Shown here: one piece after another, positions 54,421-64,000 of the stretch
Layout of the letters: each line of letters opens with the position of its first letter
Numbering within the stretch: the stretch's first letter is position 1
Origin: Octopus vulgaris
Lineage: Eukaryota
Assembly: GCA_951406725.2 (NCBI GenBank)
Contig: OX597814.1
Location: 26,660,001 to 26,724,000, forward strand
Direction: 5' to 3'
Length of the DNA stretch: 64,000 nucleotides
Made by a program: the position numbers and the translations under genes
The notes under the pieces: generated by a model
Database searches by the model: none
Seen by the model: the letters and a program-made list of their open reading frames with translations, nothing else
What the model was told of the DNA's origin: nothing

Positions 54421-57400
54421 CTTATATACTTATATATTATGCACACACACACGTGAGTGAGTAAATAAATGAAAATAATGCTCAGCACAACTGATAGAGG
54501 TTACATATATTTTTAATAACATTTAGACTCAGTTCTACATGATTTAAAGTTACTTGGGCATGGTGTTTAACTGGTGTTGAATACCATGTTAAGCTTACTT
54601 TCTGCCAATCCGTATTGATTTGGGTAGTGGGTGTAAAGCAATAAAAAAAGCAGAGGCTCCTTGGATTTTTCACTACCTTTCAAGTTGGGTTAGATTTTCA
54701 TGATGGTGAAATAATATGGTAACCTTACATCTCAAAAGATTGGAGTATGTCCATGGTCACTACACCTACTAGAAATATTAGCCAAATCTGAATTCTACTG
54801 TATTAAAAAAGCAAAAATCATAGAATTCTAGACATAGTAGGTTTGAGTATAAAAAAAAAATGAGATGGTTACAGTTGAAATGGTTTGATCATAGGTTTAC
54901 TGGATCAGTGGTAACCTAGGGCTAATCAAAGACAATAACTTTGAAACAATGTTCGGAAGATTAAAACTAAACACACACACACATACACACACACACACAC
55001 ACACGCATGCATGCATGCATGCACCACCACACACACACACACACATTCAAACATGTATACATACAAATACACATCTAACTGTTTTTCTCAGTGAAGAGAA
55101 GTTTGGACACCTTCCCAAGTGCCGATACCACACTAACTACAAATACAACCACTCATTCTCTTCCACTCACTTCCTTGCAATGAATTTCACTCACATATGT
55201 ATATATATATTTATATGTATACACACACAGACACACACACACATATGTATGTATGTATGTATGTATGTTCATACATAGATATATCCGTACATGTACACAT
55301 ACATACAAACAAGCACACACACACACATAGATATGTAGACTGGAACAGTTTCCCTCTTCAAACGCTGGATTTATTGCCAACTATTGTTATACCTTAATAG
55401 ATATAGCTACCGACCAATACACTTACACAAATACATGCATATATACACACACATGCATACACACACAGATAAACACATGCACATACATTCACACAGTCAT
55501 AGATACTCTACTTCTTTCCTATCTACCTATATTTTTCAGTTTTGGTTTCTTTCTAACTTATATACACACATTTTAAACATGCCCCTCCAAAAACTGGATA
55601 TTTTCCCAAGTATTGATAGATTCCAATGTACACACATACATACAAAAATATAAATACAGGAACAGAAATATACATGTGTAGGCTCCAAACATTGTCCATT
55701 TTAGAAAACCCAAATGTCTACTGACAACTTTATATACTTTAACACTTGCACATATGCACATGCACACATACACACATGCACACAGACTGGAAAGAGTGAC
55801 CTCTGTAGAAAACAAGAGTGTCTTTTAAAGTTTTTGAACATCTGCTCACCCATCCATACCTCTATCACTTACACATACACACACATAAATACATGCATGC
55901 ACATGTAGATTCATGTGGAAATGCAACAGATGCTCTCATTACAGAGCATATATAGACATGCAACACATGCAACACATGCATGCACACAAACTATCATGTA
56001 GACAACCATACACGCAAGCTCAGTCAGAGACACAGACACACATGCAAGTACATACATACACACACATGCACAAAAATATGCACATACACAACCATACACA
56101 CAAACACACCCGTACATACACATACACAACTGAACACACACACAATGCACACAAACAAGCATATTCACAATCACTTGCATACAAGTACACACACATGTAC
56201 ACCAACACATACACATACATGCATACACACGCACACACATTCACCCATATAAATGTACACTTCTACACCACCACACATGCTCAGATGGACAACAGTTGTC
56301 CTCTGCAGAGGACCTGGACATCTTCCAAACACTTAATGAGGCAACTCACTCAAACCAGTCTATAGAATACACGTTATATCTCCAGTTTCTTAGTCATAGT
56401 ATTATTTTTCTTTTGTTTCCATTTAGTTTTCATTCTTGTTGTTGTTGATCTTGTCTTCTTCTTTGATTCATTTCATTTGTTCTTTATTATTTTTTACTTT
56501 TCAATACACCCCATCATCATTGCCTAACCCTTACTTCCAGCATATACACATACATACATACATAGCTATTTGAATATACATATATGCTCCCATATGTGTG
56601 TGTTTCTTCACACATATGCCCACACTTTTGCATATATATGTGGTGGTGGGGGGGTGATTTTATGCATGTATATTTTCGTACATGTAGTATGTGTGCATAT
56701 ATATATATACACATGCATACATGAATGCAGATCAGACTTAACAACACCCTAGCACGGAAAGGAAGTCATGAATTCATGGAACCATGAAGCAACAGGGCCC
56801 AAACTGTTCCCCACCCATCACACATCTATATGTGCACAAACGCAACACACACCTCTCTACAGGAAAGAGGAAGTAAAGAAGGAGAGGTGTTAGTGCAGTG
56901 GGTAGGATGTGAGGACGGGGAGGGGACATGTCTCAATTATATTGAAACCATTCAAACAAAATTATTATCTACAAAGATACTTTGCTGTTTCACTATGGCA
57001 ACCAGTTTGTTCTCCAGCTCTCTCAAACCAACACAGTCTGTCTACTACCCCTGCTGCCCCACCTTCTCACCATACCAATTTGCAGGTATCAATTTTTTAT
57101 TGCTTTGGTCCTCCTCCCTTGGATGTTTCAGGCCTGTTACCTAATTAAGAGCTTGATGATTCATTTTTACTGTCTTTCCAGCCAATAAATATTTCATTTG
57201 GACATAAAGGTGTTGACAACTACCTGTTGTATCCATTGTCATAGTTGTTGTTGTTGTTGTTATTACTAGTGGAGGTGGGGTGGTAGTGGTATATTATCTG
57301 CCCCCTCCTTATTTGTATTCATTCCTTCATACTTCTCTTCATGCCCCTTCACTTACTACTTCTCTACTTTCCCTTCTCTCTCTTTTCCTTTTCCCTCTTC

Positions 57401-58275
57401 TTTCCCTCCTAGTCTTACTCCTTCAGATAGCAGCAAGTTTCATGTCCATGCTACTACAACAGTAACTACCACTACTACCATCATCACTGTCACCACCACC
57501 ACCTCTATCGCCACCATCACCACTACTACCACCACCACCACTACTGCTGCTGCTGCTGTCTGCTACTCTCCCTCTCCACCACCTCTACTATCATCATCAC
57601 CTCGATTCTTATGAGATTTCCATACTGGTTAACCCAAAATGCAGAGAGAAAAAGGAGAGTGAGAAGAAAGGAAAGGAAATAAAGCTAGAGAAATGGGAAA
57701 GAGATACACTCAGATATAAAGAGTCAGGATTGGTGGTAAGGGATGATGATAAGGAGGAGGAAGTCTGAAATCACTACAGAGAATTGAAGGTGGTTTTTAC
57801 TTCTTTCAGTTTAGAGAAAAAATATGGATGAGGAAGACAGAGAGAAGAAAGAGTAAGAGAAAATGAGAAGGAAAATGAATGTGTTATTGTTCAAGACACC
57901 TTATGAATAGATTTTTCATTGACTTCAATAAGACTTCCAGTAGTTCAGTTGAGTACCTACTCACTGAATTGCAATATCATTTCACAGACTCTTTTAACCT
58001 TAATATAATCCTAAAGTAGAATCACTATGACACAGTGTGTGACAAAGCTGAGCCTTCGTTTTTATTTTATTTTTTGTTTTTTTATGAATTACAAGTGCTG
58101 TCTCTTGGAGAAAGGTAAATTTTAAAATAGGAGGGTTTACAAAAATAATTCTATACGTTTGTTATGGCTCAAAAATATGTCTAAAGAAGTCATTGAAAGG
58201 TGATAGTAATGAGATACATGTGTACTTGGATTGGGGGCCTCAATGTGTCATCAAGGGAAATTGTTACAGAAAAAA

Positions 58276-58515
58276 TCAGGCAGATTCAATACTATTCTCC
58301 ATGACAAGACAAAGTCCCAGACATACAGGACCTCTCTCAAACTGATCTGCCAAATATTTACACACTGCTGAGAAGAGCGCAATCTCCCCAAAAGATTGTT
58401 TTACAGGGAACTGGTGGAAGGCAAGTGCACACAAGATGGACAGAAAAACCACTTGAAGGATATACTCAAAGCCTTGCAGAAGAACTTTAAGATTTACCCT
58501 AACACCTAGGAATGC
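58276..58515 (+). mobile_element. BovB-like RTE ORF2 C-terminal fragment
   Basis: DKVPDIQDLSQTDLPNIYTLLRRAQ..LPKRLFYRELVEGKCTQDGQKNHLKDILKA (compare RLPKxLFYGEL..GKRxxGGQKKRxKDxLK). Confidence 0.7.
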
Positions 58516-58529
58516 AAGCTGCCTAATGA

Positions 58530-59032
58530 AGCTAGACCCTTCAATTCTAGACCATGCTTCCACACCTGAAACTTCTTTCTCTAGGTCTTGTAGTGACTCA
58601 GCTATTAGAGCAAGGTCATCAGCATAGAGGAGCTCCCAGGAGCAGCCTGTCTTGAATTCCTCTGTTATTGCCTGGAAGACTACCCCTACCCTGAATTCTT
58701 CACTATATTCATTGCCAGCCCTCACCTTACTAACAGCATCCCTGTACATGACTTATATAGCTTTCACCAACCACTCATCTTTCCTTAGTTTCTTCATTGA
58801 CCACCAGTTAAGAGATTGGAGTACCCTGTCAAAGGTTTTCTCCATGTCAACAAAAGCCAAGTACAGAGGTTTATCTTTGGCTAGGCATTTCTCCGGCAGC
58901 TGTCTTACCAAAAATATAGCATCAGTAGAGTTTCTTCCTGGTGCAAATCCAAACTACATCTCATCTAAACTAACTCTTTCCTTAATTAGTTGGACTATGA
59001 CCCTCTTCATGACTTTCTTCACTTGATCCAAC
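58530..59032 (-). mobile_element. RTE LINE RT fragment
   Basis: KPLYLAFVDMEKTFDRV..MYRDAVSKVR..ITEEFKTGCSWELLYADDLALIAES (YADD motif). Confidence 0.9.
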
Positions 59033-60424
59033 ATGTTCTTAATATCTTGGTTTTAAATATTAGCAAGTTGAAATTTTTTTCAGAGTATTTGTTTAGGATG
59101 GAGGTGTTAGCAAACAGAAAAAAGAATTTCTAAGCTCCCAGTTGTACGAGATCTTTTATTTCTGAATAAGATTTTACTTTAGATAAAACAGCTTATCTTA
59201 AGTTACTTTATTTGTTCTTCGTATCAAAATTCCAAATGTAGTAGGATAGCAAAGTGTTGTTCCATCAGAGTGAATTTATGAATATTTTGATTGCAGCTGT
59301 ATAAATAAATCAGCACTGAGATAATTTTTGCCTGAAGAGAGTTATTGGTATTTATGTACACTGGTAAACTGCATTCTTAGCTCAACAATTAGAATTTAGC
59401 ATGTAAGTACTAGGGCTGATGTGATTATTACCAGTTAGGTTAGTGGTTCTTTGATTCAGTTTAGAAATATTTGATGAGACAAGAAAGTGAACAATTATAT
59501 ATTTATCTGCTTTTCCATTTTTTTTTGCATAATTTTCCCACTTACAATATCCTTTTCTATTCCATATATGCACTACTCTGCCCTCACAAGTATTTACATC
59601 CTTTACCTGTATATGAATGCATGCAGGTGTAGGATGTGTAAGCATATGTACACATATTTTTGTGTGTGTGTATGCGTTTACTTATCAATATATACATATA
59701 TATATATATATTGATAAGTATAACTGTGTTAACATGTATTTATGTGTCCTTAGATGTGTAGGTATTAACATATATGAATGTAAATATCTCTGTATGTGCA
59801 CATCAGTACATGTATGCTTGAGTATGCTTGTAGCTCACTTTCTCTCTCTCTCTCTCTCTCTCTCTCTGATTATATATATAGGGAGAGGCTGAGAGAGTAT
59901 GTAGGTATTTTAATACATAAGTTGGTATATTTTTATGTCCATGTGCATGCCTTAGATGTTGGCATTTATGCAAAAACCAGGTCATAACTTAACAGGTTTT
60001 TTCTTGCATTCATACATATTTGTATAATTTTAAGGTCTTTGAGCAGTTCCTTGCACATATATATTTTGTTCTAGCATATATTTATTTATATAATGAAACG
60101 TTACTACCTTTTAACATAATTGTTGTTTAGTGATCTTTCACTAGATATTTGCACTTATTAGTTATCATATATTTGTATCCATAATTAAGCAATTCCTGTC
60201 TTTTTCATTTTTCTACTTCTTCACTTCTTGCATTCATACTTTTATATAACTTTCTCTCATAAACATCTAGGCTACATTAGTTATCAGCCTTCATATTAGC
60301 CCACTAATAAAAGTTCACTTTCTTTCCTGATATTGAACATATCTTTCAATTTATTCTAATTCCAAAATTACTTTTAGTTTGTTTCTTTTTTAGTTTAACT
60401 ACTTTTTATTACTTTCAATTTAAC

Positions 60425-60830
60425 ATGGCAATAGGCACTTTGCTCACTTTGCAACCAAATGATTTCAAGTTCAGTCACATGTGTGGCATCTTGGTCAAGT
60501 CTCTTTTACTATAGCCCCAGACCAATCAATGCCTTGTGAATGAATTTGGTAAAAGGAAACTGTGCGGGAACTCATCATGTGTATGTGTGTGTGTATGCCT
60601 GAGTGTGCATATGTGTGTGTCTTTGTATTTGTCTCCCCATACCTACACACCACTTAATAACCAGTGTTGGTTTATGTGATTGTAACTAGCGATTCAGCCA
60701 AAGAATCGATAGAATAAGTACTGGACTTAAAAAAATAAGTACTGGGGTCAATTTGTTCAACTGAAACTTCAAGATGGTGCACCAGCATGGCCACAGATTA
60801 ACAATTGAAACAAGTAAATGATAAACGATA
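60425..60830 (+). mobile_element. SINE (50160 family), older copy
   Basis: gccttgtgaatgaatttgg..gatagaataagtac..ccagcatggccacag. Confidence 0.75.
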
Positions 60831-62328
60831 TACTTTTATATAATTATTCAACCTTTTATTACCTTACCAATACTTAATAACATGAAAATTTAGAGTCACT
60901 TCATAAATTTATTGTATTGCCTAGAGTCTTCTCTTTATTTCTTGTTCTATAATTATTGTAGTTCTTCTAATCTGACAATATTTTAATTATTTATCAACCA
61001 ATCTAACAACATTTCTATGACTTCTAGAGTTTCTCTAATTCTGTAGAATTTCATGTAATCTCACAACTTTACAATGTCATAAATTTCTTCATTCAACTAA
61101 ACTATAGAACACCTAACTTAATCATCCTGTTTAAACTTTCATACATTTTCTAATTCTTCAGCAATTGAAAGCAACTAAGCTCAAGAAATCAGATCCACTC
61201 ATGCAATTGTAAAAATACTTTAATATCAGTTTCTCACCTTATCTTTCAACTAAAATGTCTCAATCTTTCTTTCAAAGTCAAATACATAGTGTTGGTTTCT
61301 ATCAGAATATGGTATTTAATGCTCTCATTTTCAAATTTTACTCCATCTCTTCTCTAAATTCTTCTTCATTTTGTCTGCTGAACTTACTTATTCTGCCTTT
61401 CTTCTAACATATTAACAGTCTGGTGATCATTTTTTTCATGCAATCTCTGAAAAATTCAATAATGAATTAAACAAACTGATAAATACAGCCTACCCATCCT
61501 ATAAATATATATATGTGTGTGTGTGTGGAGAGAGAGAGAGAGAGAGGGTTACCAATATATATGTTTATATAGGGGTGTTTATATGTATGTGCATATATGT
61601 GTGTGTAATCAGAATGATTATGACAAAAAAATTATAATATAATAAACTAAGATTTTCTACTTGTTTGATAATAGAGGAATTGTTAAGATGCTGTTAGTTA
61701 TCAAAGAAAGCAGAAGTCTTTGACATTACTGCTTCCTACACAAACAACAACAAACAAATGTCCGTGATGGACACATGTTTATTTTGTTGTTTTTTTGTGC
61801 CTTTTTTTTAGATGATCAAGGCAGGATGTAAGAAAGATGTCTGACTGCAAAAGAAAATAAAACTATTTTGAAGCTATGACTACCAATTTAATGGAGTTTG
61901 GGATTTTTTTAAAGATGAAAGATGAGAAAGTGATTTTGTTGAAGAAATATTGAAGAAAGGATAAAAATATAAAATAGAGCAATGAATAAACACAGATCTA
62001 AAGAGTTCATTTTCCCTTGTTGTTGCTGTGGCTTTTTGTGAGTGAGTGTATGGTTAGGGTAGAGGCTCACATTTCTGGTCCATTTTGTTCAATAATTTAT
62101 AGCATGGACATTTAGGGTAGTAAGTGCTGCCATGTACTTGATATGTCATTATCTATACTGGCTTGAAAGTTCAATGCATTTTTGGCTATACATTATTTGA
62201 TTGCAAATGGCTGAATAATTACAGATAGGCTTAGGAAGGTGAAATAACAACAGAATATTTGATTACATCACTAGCAATCATTTGGAGTTGTTCTTCTGTA
62301 TTCCAGGTTGAAAATCTGATGGGTTTCA

Positions 62329-62394
62329 ACTTGGAAAGTAGAAAGGCAAGATAAACCCTTGAAGGGGTTTACTTTGCTTTTCTACTTTCTGAGT
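62329..62394 (+). other. Near-perfect 66-nt hairpin
   Basis: 31 stem positions: 25 Watson-Crick, 5 G-U, 1 A:C mismatch; 4-nt loop TGAA. Confidence 0.85.
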
Positions 62395-63267
62395 CATTAA
62401 AATGACTAATTGTCATGCATGTGGAGATCAATTGAATCAACAATATATTTTTTCCTAACAAATTTGTTGTCTTATTTCAAGTTATAATTCATTACAACAG
62501 ACAGTTCAAGTTTGATAGAATGGTAGACTTAGGAAAGCAGTGAACAAAAAGCCTTGTGGTACTTTTGTTACATGCCTTGATATTCAGAGTTGATAAAGTT
62601 CAAGTAATGAGAGATAGTTTAGCTATTCAAAAGAAACTGATGAAAACATTGCAAACTCTGAAACTCACTATCAACTGAAACGATTGAGTTTATGTAACAT
62701 GATCTAAGACACACTATATCAAGTGAATATGGTTATTCATTGACAAAATGGAGTACCCTCAATAAAATTGGTATAGAAAGGATCCTGAGGGGGTTAATTA
62801 AGCAAGACCAAGGAATGGACAGTACAGAAAATTAACAAAAACATGGGATTAGCTGATTACTGAGCAAGACAGAAAGGCAAAGATTGTATCTCTTGCAACA
62901 CACTTACCAGTTCACAAAGTGGCAGATTTTGATAATGACTATATGAAATCAGATAGTCTTAGATGTGAAGAAACTGTTATTAAAGCCTTTCCAAAATAAA
63001 TTAGTAGTGTAAATGAAATGATTTTCAATATTGAAAACCAAACTATAAAACAGATGCAGTTCACGGAAATATTACCTTAAAATATCACACGGCACAAGGA
63101 GACATATTTTCAAGATTTAGATTTAAGAACTGGATTAACTCCAATACATTTTTGGTATGAATTTTCTTCGGTATGAAAATGACAGGCAGTGTCAGCTTGA
63201 GCAGGATTAGATAAAACTAAATACTGAAACACGTTTTGTCAGATACTCTACCATTTCTCTCTACAAC

Positions 63268-63317
63268 ATCATCATCATTATCATTATTATCATCATTATT
63301 ATTATTATTATTATTAT

Positions 63318-63365
<48 letters not shown>
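63268..63365. repeat. Compound trinucleotide microsatellite (CAT)/(TAT)/(TAG)
   Basis: Direct reading. Confidence 0.9.
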
Positions 63366-64000
63366 AAGCAGCAGCAAGAAGTAGAAGAAGAATTTTAAAA
63401 TGGTAAAAGGAAGAAACAACAGCAGGAAATAGCAAATAAGAGGCATGAGGAGTTGAAAGTTGGATAAGAGAAGAAGCAATAAGTGAATGAAAGAAAATGA
63501 AAGTGACATAGTTTGACAACATTATGTTATCATAGAAAATTTTTAGTTTTTTAATTTTTCTTGAATTCTAGCTGAAATTGTGAAAAATTATCCTGAACTG
63601 TTGAGAAATTAAATTTTCAATTTCTCTTAGTGTAAAGATATAATTTCCGCTTTAATTTTTTTTTTCTGTATCCTCACATTTCTACTCATTTAAAAAAAAA
63701 TTCCATTTTGAAGTGTCCCCCATCATCCATTTTTTCATGATTTTTGTTTATACTGTTACATACTTTTTTAATCATTAATAGCATTTAAACAATTTTTTTA
63801 GTGTTCATTTTAACCAATTTGTTTTTTTGAGTGACAAAATCTGTTTTTATACTTTTATTTTAGAGTTTATTTATTTGGTATGAGTAGTGGTGATGAGCTT
63901 GACATAGGTGATGGCCTTGGTTGGGGTGGTATATATACATTCTGTCTCATTCACAAGCAAATAAAATGTGACCTGGGTTAAAGTATTCCATTGTAACAGC

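Overview
AT-rich, microsatellite-saturated eukaryotic DNA. I could not support any intact protein-coding gene, and nearly all listed ORFs are (TA)n/(CA)n/(ATT)n/(GATA)n read-throughs or transposon debris. The repeat content (tRNA-derived SINEs, RTE LINEs with (GAT)n tails, maT and mariner transposons) resembles an octopus-type cephalopod genome; this is an inference. The window is probably intergenic or inside a very long intron. Recognisable elements are several RTE fragments, an R4/Dong-like endonuclease fragment, an internally deleted Gypsy LTR element, two adjacent DD37D (maT) transposons (one carrying a solo LTR), a fold-back mariner fused to an RTE piece, and many SINEs. The most interesting signals are RNA-level. 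(1) A 362-bp unit present as 1.3 tandem copies carries a type I hammerhead ribozyme and looks like a retrozyme (15067-15539). (2) A Penelope-like element has inverted pseudo-LTRs, each with a hammerhead (17341-18347). (3) A strong AG|GTGAGT recursive-splice-site candidate lies at 4175/4176. (4) Several long hairpins and inverted repeats could form dsRNA. All calls were made by eye and element boundaries are approximate unless motifs are quoted.
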